From assembly GCA_043806115.1 (NCBI GenBank), contig JAZDHI010000059.1, positions 24,349 through 88,348 on the forward strand: 64,000 nucleotides of DNA. Direction: 5' to 3'. Below, piece by piece: positions 8,313 through 18,587 of the stretch (position 1 is its first letter; every line of letters starts with the position of its first letter). This stretch comes from Bacteroidota bacterium. Lineage in GTDB: Bacteria; Bacteroidota; Bacteroidia; Bacteroidales; Lentimicrobiaceae. The position numbers were made by a program, and so were the translations under genes. Below the pieces are notes generated by a model. It made no database searches and was not told where the DNA came from. It saw nothing but the letters and a program-made list of their open reading frames with translations.

Positions 8313-11183
8313 ATGAAAAATCTTTTTACTCTGATTGCAGTAACCGCGTTTACCTTACTGGCAAATGCACAGGGACTTATCAATGTTAATCCCGATCCTG
8401 ATGGTGATCCCTGGCTGGCAGGTGGTCTGCGCGAACTCACAGCTGATGATTACACCCGGATTGCTTCAACCCGGGAACTAACAATGACATCAGCACAACG
8501 AAGCCGGGACCTCCCAACTACATTGGATAATTCCACATTACCCTGGTTCAGGCCGGTTTTCAGCCAGGATGGTGGTAGTTGCGGACAAGCCAGTGGCATC
8601 GGATACAATTTTACCTACGAGATGGATTATGTGCGTGGTATAGCTGCCAACACAACTACAAACCAATACCCCACACATTATACCTGGGATTTCCTTAACG
8701 GAGGCGAAGGAGGTGGTTCATGGTATTTTGATGGCTGGCAAATTATTGCTGCCAACGGCTGTCCGAATGTTGAAACTTACGGAGGCTCCCTTTCGTCAGG
8801 CGGCGACCGCCGTTGGATGAGCGGTTATGATAATTATATGTCAGGAATGAGCAACCGGATGCTCGAGGTTATGACCATAGATGTTTCTGATGAAGAAGGA
8901 CTCCTTACCCTGAAACAATGGCTTTATGACCGGCTTGATGGTTCCTCTACCGGGGGCCTTGCCAATTTCTCTGCGGGAGTATCAGATGTATTCAGTATGA
9001 ATTATCTCCCAGCAGGAACACCAAATGCCGGAAAACTGGTAATCACCGGATGGGGTGAAGTAGTGAACCATGCTATGACATTTGTGGGTTACGATGACAA
9101 CATCCGTTTCGATTTCAACAACGATGGTCAATATACCAATAACCTCGACATTACCGGCGATGGTCAGGTTGACCTGCGTGACTGGGAAATCGGCGGTCTT
9201 CTGATGGTTAACAGCTGGGGTGAAACCTTCGGGAACGGTGGCAAGGTTTATGTCATGTACCGCACCCTGGCTTTGAACGTTTCGGAAGGGGGCATATGGA
9301 ATAACCTGCTGCATGTTATCCGTACCCGTGCCGATTATGAACCGCAGCTGACCCTGAAAACGACTTTGAAACATACTTCGAGACAAAAGATCAGGATCGC
9401 CGTCGGTGTATCTCCAAACACAACTGATACTAAACCGGCTCATGTAATGGAATTCCCGATGTTCTGCAACCAGGGGGGTGACTATTATATGCAGGGTGGT
9501 TCCTCCGAAGCTGATCAATCGATTGAAATTGGTCTGGACATTACTCCTCTGCTCAGCTTCATATCACCACAACAGACATCCAGGTTTTTCCTTCAGGTAA
9601 TTGAACAGGATCCTGAGAATGACGATTCAGGTCAAGTGACCAGCCACTCGGTAAACGTGCTTGATCAATCCCTCGAATTCCAGAGTCAGATGTCGAATAT
9701 CCAGTTAATAAACAATGATACTACCTGGGTCTGGACTGATGCGCCGGTTGATTTCATTCCCGCACAGATTCTTACAGAGCAACTACCCGCAGCCCATATC
9801 GGCACCCCATACTCCTTTCAGCTTGAAGCCTCAGGGGCTCCTTCTCCTTATACATGGGCATTATTACAGGAATACACCGAAAATGATGATCAGGCTGTGT
9901 TTCCCGCCATTATTTCTAATCAGCTGATCCCAAATAACAATGATGATGGGTTTGCCTTGCAGGTAATTGATTTTGCATTCCCTTTTTATGGTGAAACCTA
10001 TGAAAACCTGGTGATTACCACCGATGGTTCCATTGCTTTCGGTGGACAATTCGAGTATATCAGGAGCGAAGCAGCATTAATATCGGCCAGAGCCATAACA
10101 CCTTATGGCACCGACCTCATGATTTATCCGGAATATAACGATGGAATCTATTACGATGGAGATGCGACCCATGCAACTTTCCGGTGGAAGATCTCAAAAT
10201 TCGACAATCCATCTTTCGACAATGATTTTGCTGTAACACTTTATCCCGATGGTAGCATTATCTTCCATTATGGTAATGGAATTACACCCTCATCAGACTG
10301 GGCAGCCGGTATCTCGGCAGGTGATGGAAGTAATTATCTGGTGACTAATATCTCAGGATCAACCAATATCATACCCGGCTCATCATTTCGTCTCACATGC
10401 CCGCCTCTCCCATCTGGCATGAGCCTAAGCAGCGATGGTATATACAGCGGCATTCCCGGACAGGCTGGAGGTTCATGGAACATAACTTTTAAGGCGACTG
10501 CTTCGAACTACCTCTTTTCTGAAGTTACCCTTCCTTTTACCATTACTGAATCAGAACTTCAGGTTGTACCTGACACCCTTATATTTGAAGACGATACCCA
10601 GGCTTATGAAGGCAAGTTTTTTGAAATCATCAATACCACTGACCATGATGTAGTGCTGACCTCCTTCGATTATTCGGGATCTATTGTACTTCAGAATGGA
10701 GAATGGTTCTGGGAAACCTGGTTCTGGGATCCGATGCCCCGTACTATGTTTCCAGGTGAGGTTATTCAGGTGGTTGTAAGTTTGATTCAACCTGTATTTA
10801 TGGAGCCTATGGCATCTTTTGCCATGGATACCCTTCATTTTTCAACGGAAACCGAAAATTATGAAGTTTTACTGATGTATAACGACACCATCAATATCTA
10901 CAATAACACAGTGCAGCTTACTGATCATCCGGAAGAGCTTTATTTCTCTCCGAACCCGGCTTCTGAAATCACAACCATGAACTTCATAAACGAAGATTCC
11001 GGAGTTGCTGATCTGTTCATATACAATAGTACAGGATCCCTTATGAAGCACGAAGCTATTAATGGCCTGGCAGGTGGGATGCAAACCCGAACGCTTGATG
11101 TTTCCGGCTTCGCCAAAGGATTCTATATGGTTAACCTGCGCACCGGATCAAAGATATTTTCAACCCGGCTTGTAATCAGATAA
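8313..11183 (+). CDS. Second papain-like cysteine protease, T9SS cargo; paralog of 3135..6749
   Basis: Start moved to ATG 8313 (MKNLFTLIAV signal peptide), 7 bp after the upstream stop. SQDGGSCGQASG, NHAMTFVGYDD, VNSWG; CTD FSPNPAS...GFYMV...RLVIR. Confidence 0.82.
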   Translation: MKNLFTLIAVTAFTLLANAQGLINVNPDPDGDPWLAGGLRELTADDYTRIASTRELTMTSAQRSRDLPTTLDNSTLPWFRPVFSQDGGSCGQASGIGYNFTYEMDYVRGIAANTTTNQYPTHYTWDFLNGGEGGGSWYFDGWQIIAANGCPNVETYGGSLSSGGDRRWMSGYDNYMSGMSNRMLEVMTIDVSDEEGLLTLKQWLYDRLDGSSTGGLANFSAGVSDVFSMNYLPAGTPNAGKLVITGWGEVVNHAMTFVGYDDNIRFDFNNDGQYTNNLDITGDGQVDLRDWEIGGLLMVNSWGETFGNGGKVYVMYRTLALNVSEGGIWNNLLHVIRTRADYEPQLTLKTTLKHTSRQKIRIAVGVSPNTTDTKPAHVMEFPMFCNQGGDYYMQGGSSEADQSIEIGLDITPLLSFISPQQTSRFFLQVIEQDPENDDSGQVTSHSVNVLDQSLEFQSQMSNIQLINNDTTWVWTDAPVDFIPAQILTEQLPAAHIGTPYSFQLEASGAPSPYTWALLQEYTENDDQAVFPAIISNQLIPNNNDDGFALQVIDFAFPFYGETYENLVITTDGSIAFGGQFEYIRSEAALISARAITPYGTDLMIYPEYNDGIYYDGDATHATFRWKISKFDNPSFDNDFAVTLYPDGSIIFHYGNGITPSSDWAAGISAGDGSNYLVTNISGSTNIIPGSSFRLTCPPLPSGMSLSSDGIYSGIPGQAGGSWNITFKATASNYLFSEVTLPFTITESELQVVPDTLIFEDDTQAYEGKFFEIINTTDHDVVLTSFDYSGSIVLQNGEWFWETWFWDPMPRTMFPGEVIQVVVSLIQPVFMEPMASFAMDTLHFSTETENYEVLLMYNDTINIYNNTVQLTDHPEELYFSPNPASEITTMNFINEDSGVADLFIYNSTGSLMKHEAINGLAGGMQTRTLDVSGFAKGFYMVNLRTGSKIFSTRLVIR

Positions 11184-11255
11184 CCGATAGGAACGTTACT
11201 ACACCAATTGCCTGCTTTTTGGCAAATTTTCATCTTTGAATTATTCCCTGACCTG

Positions 11256-13214
11256 ATGAGATTTTTTTTAATACTTATTATACTGTTTGTTACTGCTGAG
11301 ATGGTGTATACACAGCCTGCCATTCCTGAAAGGGAACCATATCAGCTTTTAGTGCAGCTCAAACATGCTGACTTTGAGATGCTGATCCCTGAATTGATGA
11401 ACAGTTTTTCAAACACAGGACTCAGGCTTGACCGGCGATTGTCAAAAAGAATGAACATCTGGCTTTTCCGGTTCGACAGCCTGGTATCCGACCCTGAAGC
11501 ATTACTTGATAAACTCAGGCTGCATCCTTCAGTCAGTCTTGCCCAGTTTAATCACAAGGTCAGCGAAAGGGAAACAATCCCAAACGACCCTTCCTTTACC
11601 AATGAATGGGGGATGAAAAACACCGGTCAGATGAATGGTACTCCCGGTGCAGATATTAAAGCTACCTATGCATGGGATATAACAACAGGTGGGCTGACAG
11701 CCAATGGCGATACAATTGTGGTGGCAATGATTGATGGCGGGGTTGACCTTGGCCACTCCGATCTGAAACTCTGGAAAAACCGGCTTGAAACCCCCTACAA
11801 TGGTGTTGACGACGACGGGAATGGTTACATTGACGACTACAATGGCTGGAATGCTTACATGAACAGCGGCAATATGCAGCAAAGTGATCACGGCACCCAT
11901 GTTGCAGGAATTGCTACAGCCATAGGCAACAACAATACCGGAGTCACTGGTGTGGCCTACAATACCTATCTGATGCCCATCGCCGGCTCAGGCACCAACG
12001 AAGCAATTGTTGTGGTTGCTTACGATTATGTGTTTGATATGCGGAAACGGTATAGTGAAACCGGTGGGGCAGAAGGAGCATTCGTAGTAGTAACCAATTC
12101 TTCCTTTGGTGTTGATGCGGGGGATCCGGAAGATTTCCCGCTTTGGGGGGCAATGTATGATTCACTGGGATCTGTTGGAATTCTGAATGTAGCTTCAACT
12201 GCCAATATTGGCTGGGACGTTGATAACAACGGTGATATTCCGACAGCCATGACCAACGAATCCATCATTGCAGTGACCAATACTACCAATACTGATATCC
12301 GTAATTCGCAGGCTGCCTGGGGAATCAACAGCATAGACCTGGGTGCTCCCGGAACCAGTATTTACTCATCAAGACAGGGTGATACCTATGGATATAAATC
12401 CGGAACCAGCATGTCGTCTCCTTTCGTTTCCGGCTCTGTCGCCCTTATGTACGCAGCTGCCGATCAGACCACCCTGCAGCTTTATGAAGAAAATCCTGCA
12501 CTGCTTGCCTCTAAGTTCAAACGGTATCTTATTGCATCCGTTGATTCATTGGAAGCCCTTGAAGGTCAAACTGTCAGCGGTGGCCGTCTTAACCTGTTGA
12601 ATACACTCCAAATGGTACAGAATCCTCCCTTCCTTGTGTCAAATCCACCTGAGATAACCATGGTGATGGAACAGAATACCTCCGACACCGTTACGCTCCA
12701 GCTCTCCTCTCACAATACAGAAATCAATCCTTATACTGTGGAGATACCTGACACTATTCACTGGGTATATGCCGATGTGGCCGGAGGATTATTGGTAGGA
12801 AACACCCCAGGAACACTATCAGCAATTTTCAATACTACCGCCTTAAGTCTTGGCAGTCATATGACCACCATGACCATTAAAGATTACTTCCTGAATGACT
12901 TGATAATCAATCTTGAAGTGAAAGTTGAAGAAGAGGTTCAAACCCGTCTTACTTCGCTGACTAAAGCCTTGTTTACCGTTTCACCAAACCCATATTCAGA
13001 TGAAACCATTCTTGGTTTTACTCTTGAACGAGCTTCAGATATATCACTCATCGCTTATGACCTGAACGGGAAGCCTGTTACCACAATCTTCAATGGATTT
13101 GCAAATTGTGGAGCCCATTCCATTCATTGGAAGTCAAATCTTGCTCAGGGGATGTATCTGGTAAAATTAGTATGTCAGGATGGAGTGAGGGTGATGAAGG
13201 TGTTGAAGAGGTGA
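11256..13214 (+). CDS. Subtilisin-like S8 serine peptidase, T9SS cargo
   Basis: Triad VAMIDGGVD / HGTHVAG / GTSMSSP; signal peptide from ATG 11256; CTD VSPNPY...GMYLVKL. Confidence 0.92.
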   Translation: MRFFLILIILFVTAEMVYTQPAIPEREPYQLLVQLKHADFEMLIPELMNSFSNTGLRLDRRLSKRMNIWLFRFDSLVSDPEALLDKLRLHPSVSLAQFNHKVSERETIPNDPSFTNEWGMKNTGQMNGTPGADIKATYAWDITTGGLTANGDTIVVAMIDGGVDLGHSDLKLWKNRLETPYNGVDDDGNGYIDDYNGWNAYMNSGNMQQSDHGTHVAGIATAIGNNNTGVTGVAYNTYLMPIAGSGTNEAIVVVAYDYVFDMRKRYSETGGAEGAFVVVTNSSFGVDAGDPEDFPLWGAMYDSLGSVGILNVASTANIGWDVDNNGDIPTAMTNESIIAVTNTTNTDIRNSQAAWGINSIDLGAPGTSIYSSRQGDTYGYKSGTSMSSPFVSGSVALMYAAADQTTLQLYEENPALLASKFKRYLIASVDSLEALEGQTVSGGRLNLLNTLQMVQNPPFLVSNPPEITMVMEQNTSDTVTLQLSSHNTEINPYTVEIPDTIHWVYADVAGGLLVGNTPGTLSAIFNTTALSLGSHMTTMTIKDYFLNDLIINLEVKVEEEVQTRLTSLTKALFTVSPNPYSDETILGFTLERASDISLIAYDLNGKPVTTIFNGFANCGAHSIHWKSNLAQGMYLVKLVCQDGVRVMKVLKR

Positions 13215-13641
13215 ACATTTCTGATCAAAGAATTTCAGAAAGGGTAGTATTTATCCCGGGTAACAGGATGCAGTTATTGATTTTATTTCTTTAGGCACTC
13301 AAGACAGCGGTATCCCGCATAAGCATTGGGAAGTTATTAACATGGGAACCAGAACCCTTTCCGGAAAATGATGGGTTCTCCTCTATTCTACTGATTCGGA
13401 ATTGATTGCGATACTTCCCGGAGTCCGGTGCCCAGAGTACCTTCCTGTAAAGAAAATCAGGCTTTATGAAAAATCAATATTTATTTACCTTGATTCCAAG
13501 CAATCAGGTAGCCCAATAATTCTACCATTCAATTATCCTTACCACAGGTGAATCGGATATCTGTCGTTTCATCATCAAAGAAATTCTTAATCTCTGATCT
13601 TGGATGAAACCGAAAATCTGCTTTTACAAACTTCGCCCGAC

Positions 13642-14829
13642 TTATTCCACAATCAACACCAACCCCTTCAGGTAAGCCCCTTCCGGATGGAAAATGCTTA
13701 CAGGGTGATCGGCAGAAGGGCCCATATGATGAAGGATGCGAACGTTACGCCTTGCATCAATGGCCGATGACATAATCATTGATGTAAACATTTCACTGTC
13801 AATGGCCTGTGAACATGAAAAGGTGAAAAGCAGCCCGCCAGAGCGGATATTTCTGATTGCTGCTGTATTAATGAATTTGTATCCCTGAAGCCCCTTATGA
13901 CGGTCGGAATGGCGTTTGGCGAAAGCAGGCGGATCAAGTACAATCAGATCAAAATCTTCGGATATTGTTCCCAGATAAGCTTTCGCATCGGCTATAATAC
14001 TTTCATGGTTTGAAGTATCTAATCCATTGAAATGTAAATTTTCCAGCAGAACATCTATTGCCCTGCGTGAACTGTCCAGGGAAGTGACCCGGGTAGCGCC
14101 GGCAGCCAATGCGTAGACCGAAAAACCACCGGTATAACAAAAGGCATTGAGTACATTCCGTCCATTAGCGTATCGTGCCAGCAAAGCCCGGTTATCGCGC
14201 TGATCCAGGAAGAAACCTGTTTTCTGGCCATTTATAAAATCAACGGAGAAACGGTGGCCATTTTCAAAAATTTCAGTTGAATCAATATTCCCGAAGAGAA
14301 AGCCATCTCCTTCGGATTTGCCACCCGACTTATCCAATGCTTCCGAACTTTTATCGTAAACCGCTTTCAGTTTTTTTCCATAAACATGTTGAAGAGCATC
14401 CGCCAATTCATTCCTTAACAGGTACATGCCGGTGCTGTGCGCCTGGATAACAGCTATTGAGTTATAAATATCGATTACCAAACCTGGCATCCCATCGCCT
14501 TCACTGAATACCAATCTGTAGGCATTACTTTTAGATTTATTTGTAAAGCCCAGCAATTTACGTAAGTTGTAAGCATCATATAGCTTACCCTTCCAGAAGT
14601 CTGATCCGGGAGTATCAGATCCGAAATGAAAAAGTTTAACGGCTATCGAGCCTGTACAGGCATGACCCATGGCAAGATATCTACCATAAAAATCAAGAAC
14701 TTCAACAATATCACCATCTTCAGGTTTCCCTTCTACCCTGTCAATTGCTCCTGAAAAAACCCATGGGTGAAAACGTCTTACCGCTACATCACGCCCTTTG
14801 CTGAGGAAAATCCTGCCTGAAACCTTCAT
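13642..14829 (-). CDS. rlmI: 23S rRNA m5C1962 methyltransferase, RlmI family
   Basis: PUA-like N-terminus HPWVFSGAI; SEGDGMPGLVID; GQKTGFFLDQR; VLNAFCYTGGFS; VLDPPAF; YLKGL. Confidence 0.9.
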   Translation of the reverse strand: MKVSGRIFLSKGRDVAVRRFHPWVFSGAIDRVEGKPEDGDIVEVLDFYGRYLAMGHACTGSIAVKLFHFGSDTPGSDFWKGKLYDAYNLRKLLGFTNKSKSNAYRLVFSEGDGMPGLVIDIYNSIAVIQAHSTGMYLLRNELADALQHVYGKKLKAVYDKSSEALDKSGGKSEGDGFLFGNIDSTEIFENGHRFSVDFINGQKTGFFLDQRDNRALLARYANGRNVLNAFCYTGGFSVYALAAGATRVTSLDSSRRAIDVLLENLHFNGLDTSNHESIIADAKAYLGTISEDFDLIVLDPPAFAKRHSDRHKGLQGYKFINTAAIRNIRSGGLLFTFSCSQAIDSEMFTSMIMSSAIDARRNVRILHHMGPSADHPVSIFHPEGAYLKGLVLIVE

Positions 14830-14846
14830 AAATTAAATATTTGTGG

Positions 14847-14854
14847 CAAATGTA
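14847..14854 (-). promoter_or_regulatory. -7 box (TACATTTG) for rlmI
   Basis: CAAATGTA on the + strand, 17 bp upstream of the start. Confidence 0.55.
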
Positions 14855-15169
14855 AGCCTGAATTTGTTCAGAAAAATTAAAAAGAAAGCTTACTTACCGA
14901 TAAATACCGGTTCAAAATCATAATATCCCGTAATAAATTGATAATCTGTATATAAGAATCCGGTCTGAACTTTTCCGGTTTTCCGGACATGGGATTTGCT
15001 TTCAGAAAAAACCTGATAAAACCTTCATTTCTGCCCATGGCAAACAGAATCATTGTGTTTCATCCGACACTACCGGCTAACCTGATTATTACTCCGAATG
15101 GAAGCATACTCAGGTCGTTGTTTTTTTATTAACTTTAAGCCCCTTTATATAAAATCCAAAACCAGTCCC

Positions 15170-17590
15170 ATGAGATTGCATTGTGTTATCAAAAAAACCA
15201 TTACTCTATTATTCCTCTTCATTGCCTTTATTTCCAACGGACAGCAATCAAACAGGCAATTCAGCAGCATCAAGGTGCTGGGCGAGAACATCGAGATACA
15301 GGTCAGCGACGGGAAATACCTGATAGCACCGCTCAATGATTTCACGATACACACCATTTTCTACCCTTCCGGGAAAGCCTTGAAAAATTTCTCCTTCGCC
15401 ACAGACATGAAGGCGGAAAGAGTCGACTTTATGCTGGTTGAAGAAGGGAATAATATCACGGTCAAGTCAAAGGGTATCAACCTTAGAATTTCAAAAGCAC
15501 CTTTTAAAATAGCCTATTATTATAACAATAAATTGTTGATTTGTGAAAACAGGGGTTATACCGGTACAGATTCCCTGGAATTTCTTAATTTTTCGATCGA
15601 GAAAGAGGAGGTCCTTTATGGGGGTGGTGCAAGGGCATTGGGCATGAATCGCAGGGGAAACCGGCTACAATTATATAACCGGGCCCATTACGGCTATGAA
15701 ACACGTTCGGGATTGATGAATTATACATTGCCACTATTTCTTTCCTCAAAACAGTATGCAGTATTATTCGACAATGCCAGTAGTGGATTTCTGGACCTTG
15801 ACAGTCACCAGAACAATGAAATCACTTACGAAACTGTCAGCGGAACGCCTAATTATTATGTAATTGCCGGCGATAACTGGTATCATCTGGTTCAGCAGTA
15901 TACACGCCTAACCGGTCGCCAGCCGCTTCCGCCGCGTTGGGCATTCGGCAATTTCAGCAGCCGTTTTGGTTATCATTCACAGGCTGAAACTGAAGCCACC
16001 GTTGAGAAATTCTTTAAAACCAACATTCCGCTGGATGCAGTAATCATTGATATTTACTGGTTCGGGAAAGAGATTAAGGGAACGATGGGTAACCTTGAAT
16101 GGTTTACCGACAGTTTTCCGAAGCCCGCCCAGATGATCAAGAAATTCAATAAAAAAGGGATCAAAACCATTCTCGTAACGGAACCGTTTATCCTGACAAC
16201 CTCAAAGCGCTGGCAGGAAGCGGTTGAAAATCAAATTCTGGCGACTGACGGCAAAGGGAATCCGTATACTTATGACTTTTACTTCGGAAACACCGGGCTG
16301 ATAGACATTTATGATCCGAAAGCTAGAGCCTGGTTCTGGAATATATACAGGAAGTTAACTGATCAGGGCATCGGAGGATGGTGGGGCGATCTGGGCGAAC
16401 CTGAAGTACACCCTTCGGGCCTGCAACATATAAACGGTTCGGCAGATGAACTGCACAATTCATACGGGCATGAATGGAGCCGTCTGATTTATGAAGGTTA
16501 CCGGCAGGACTTTCCGGATATAAGGCCATTTATTTTAATGCGTGCCGGTTATGCCGGTTCACAGCGATATGGAATCATCCCCTGGACCGGAGACGTGAAC
16601 AGAAGTTGGGGCGGGCTGGTTCCCCAGCCTGAAATATCATTACAAATGGGAATGCAGGGACTTGCTTATATGCATTCCGATCTTGGTGGTTTTGCAGGAG
16701 GAGATACCATCAACAATGAATTGTACACCCGCTGGTTGCAATACGGTGTTTATCAGCCTGTTTACCGACCACATGCACAGGAACATATTCCGGCGGAACC
16801 TGTATTCCAGAATGAAATCACCATGGCCAGGGCTAAAAAATCCATCGAGCTCAGGTATAAGCTGATGCCATACATTTATAATATGGCCTTTGAAAACAAC
16901 CAGACCGGAAAGCCACTGATGATCCCACTCTTTTTCAATGAAAGCAGCTACAAGGAACTGCTAACTTACGATAAAGCCTATATGTGGGGGGACGCCTTCC
17001 TTGTTTCACCGGTAAAAGAACCAGGCCTGACCGAACAGTCTGTATACCTTCCGGGAGGATCACAGTGGACCAACTTCAACACGGGCGAAATCTTTGCCGG
17101 TGGGGCTGAAATTACAGTTCCTCTTACGATTGAAAATATTCCGGTATTTGTCAAAGGAGGATCCTTTATCCCGATGACGCAAAAGGCAGTGAGTTCAACT
17201 GATTATTCTCTGGAAACTTTTGACCTGCATTTTTATTCAGATACCACGGTTAAAAATAGCCATTACAAACTATACAACGATGACGGGGAGAGTCCGTTTG
17301 CCTTTGAAAAAGGGGATTATGAGCTTTTTGAATTCACTGCCGAGGAAAAGGGGAAATCACTCTGCCTGAATCTCAGCAAGCCGAAAGACAATGGGTTTTT
17401 CGGTTACCCGGCAAACCATATAACCCTGAAGGTGCATAACCTGTTGTCGAAACCTGCCGGCATTAAAGTCGGATCTTCCTATGCCAGCCCTAAAGATTGG
17501 GTATGGAATAATCAGGATAAACTGCTTGAGATCACAATAAGATGTTCTGCTTCAGTAGAAAAAATTGATATTATCAAAGAGCTCTATTAA
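15170..17590 (+). CDS. GH31 glycoside hydrolase/transglucosylase, Agd31B-like (oligosaccharide alpha-1,4-transglucosylase type)
   Basis: Nucleophile motif GWWGDLGEPE, WTGDV, HSDLGGF, RWLQYG..QPVYRPH; signal peptide from ATG 15170. The WWGDLGEPE variant is recalled from Cellvibrio Agd31B. Confidence 0.85.
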   Translation: MRLHCVIKKTITLLFLFIAFISNGQQSNRQFSSIKVLGENIEIQVSDGKYLIAPLNDFTIHTIFYPSGKALKNFSFATDMKAERVDFMLVEEGNNITVKSKGINLRISKAPFKIAYYYNNKLLICENRGYTGTDSLEFLNFSIEKEEVLYGGGARALGMNRRGNRLQLYNRAHYGYETRSGLMNYTLPLFLSSKQYAVLFDNASSGFLDLDSHQNNEITYETVSGTPNYYVIAGDNWYHLVQQYTRLTGRQPLPPRWAFGNFSSRFGYHSQAETEATVEKFFKTNIPLDAVIIDIYWFGKEIKGTMGNLEWFTDSFPKPAQMIKKFNKKGIKTILVTEPFILTTSKRWQEAVENQILATDGKGNPYTYDFYFGNTGLIDIYDPKARAWFWNIYRKLTDQGIGGWWGDLGEPEVHPSGLQHINGSADELHNSYGHEWSRLIYEGYRQDFPDIRPFILMRAGYAGSQRYGIIPWTGDVNRSWGGLVPQPEISLQMGMQGLAYMHSDLGGFAGGDTINNELYTRWLQYGVYQPVYRPHAQEHIPAEPVFQNEITMARAKKSIELRYKLMPYIYNMAFENNQTGKPLMIPLFFNESSYKELLTYDKAYMWGDAFLVSPVKEPGLTEQSVYLPGGSQWTNFNTGEIFAGGAEITVPLTIENIPVFVKGGSFIPMTQKAVSSTDYSLETFDLHFYSDTTVKNSHYKLYNDDGESPFAFEKGDYELFEFTAEEKGKSLCLNLSKPKDNGFFGYPANHITLKVHNLLSKPAGIKVGSSYASPKDWVWNNQDKLLEITIRCSASVEKIDIIKELY

Positions 17591-17656
17591 TAATTTTCAG
17601 CGTTCCTCAAACACGAATACAGTCAATCGATAAAACCAATTCTTCACAATTTATCT

Positions 17657-17664
17657 TACCTTTG
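17657..17664 (+). promoter_or_regulatory. -7 box (TACCTTTG)
   Basis: Exact TAnnTTTG 29 bp before ATG 17694. Confidence 0.55.
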
Positions 17665-17693
17665 CCCCTTTAAATCACATAAACCCTTGCAAT

Positions 17694-18551
17694 ATGAAAA
17701 AACTGATTTTCATTGCTTTAATGATCCCCTTCCTTTTCGCATGTAATAGCAAGAAAAAGGAATATGAGTCCCTTCAAACACGTTATGACAGTCTTCTTAC
17801 CATTGGTTTTACCAAAGACACTACCATTCTGGATTATCTGACATCTTTCAATGCGATTCAGGCCAATCTGGACTCGATAAAGCAAGCGGAGATGATTATT
17901 TCGCAAAGCGCGAATGCTGACGGAGAACTTCAACCCGACCAAAAAGAGCAGATTAATCGTGATATCAATATGATTTACGAAATGCTTCAGAAAAACAAGC
18001 AAACCATCGCCGAACTGAAGTCAAAACTGAGAAAATCAAATGGCAAGGTGGTTGCTCTGGAGCAAATGGTTGAACGTATGACCCGCCAGATTGAAGAAAA
18101 AGACGGGCAGATCGCCCAGTTACGTGAACAATTGGAAAAGATGAACATCCAGATAGAAATTCTGAATTCCAATGTTGAGAACCTGGCTTCAGAGGGAAAG
18201 GCTAAATCACAGACCATCAGTGAAAAAACAGAAGAATTGAATACCGCCTATTATGTCATCGGCACCAAAAAAGAACTCCGTGACCAGAAGATCATCACCA
18301 TGGAAGGAGGATTTGCCGGTATCGGAAGGAACAAGAAACTGAAAGAAGACTTTAACCGTGACTACTTTACCCGTGTAGACATCACCAAACTGAGGTCAAT
18401 CCCTGTACTGAAGAAAAAAGCCAGTGTTATTACGACACATCCCACCCAGTCCTATAAAATTTATGGCGAAAAATCTGTAGACAGTCTGGTTATTAAAAAC
18501 GCCAAAGAATTCTGGTCTGCATCCAAATATCTTGTCATTGTAGTTGATTAA
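17694..18551 (+). CDS. Coiled-coil lipoprotein of conserved Bacteroidota type (resembles proteins labelled Cbp1-family)
   Basis: Lipobox LFAC; long heptad region (about residues 45-185); C-terminal LNTAYYVIGTKKEL...FWSASKYLVIVV. Family label from memory only. Confidence 0.6.
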   Translation: MKKLIFIALMIPFLFACNSKKKEYESLQTRYDSLLTIGFTKDTTILDYLTSFNAIQANLDSIKQAEMIISQSANADGELQPDQKEQINRDINMIYEMLQKNKQTIAELKSKLRKSNGKVVALEQMVERMTRQIEEKDGQIAQLREQLEKMNIQIEILNSNVENLASEGKAKSQTISEKTEELNTAYYVIGTKKELRDQKIITMEGGFAGIGRNKKLKEDFNRDYFTRVDITKLRSIPVLKKKASVITTHPTQSYKIYGEKSVDSLVIKNAKEFWSASKYLVIVVD

Positions 18552-18587
18552 ACAGCAAAAACCTGTTTATCAATTTATCTGAATATT

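Noticed and set aside
13215-13641. Hidden gene or element between the convergent S8 and rlmI genes
   Set aside because: Only short frames and one weak hairpin (AGAACCC...GGGTTCT); nothing recognisable.
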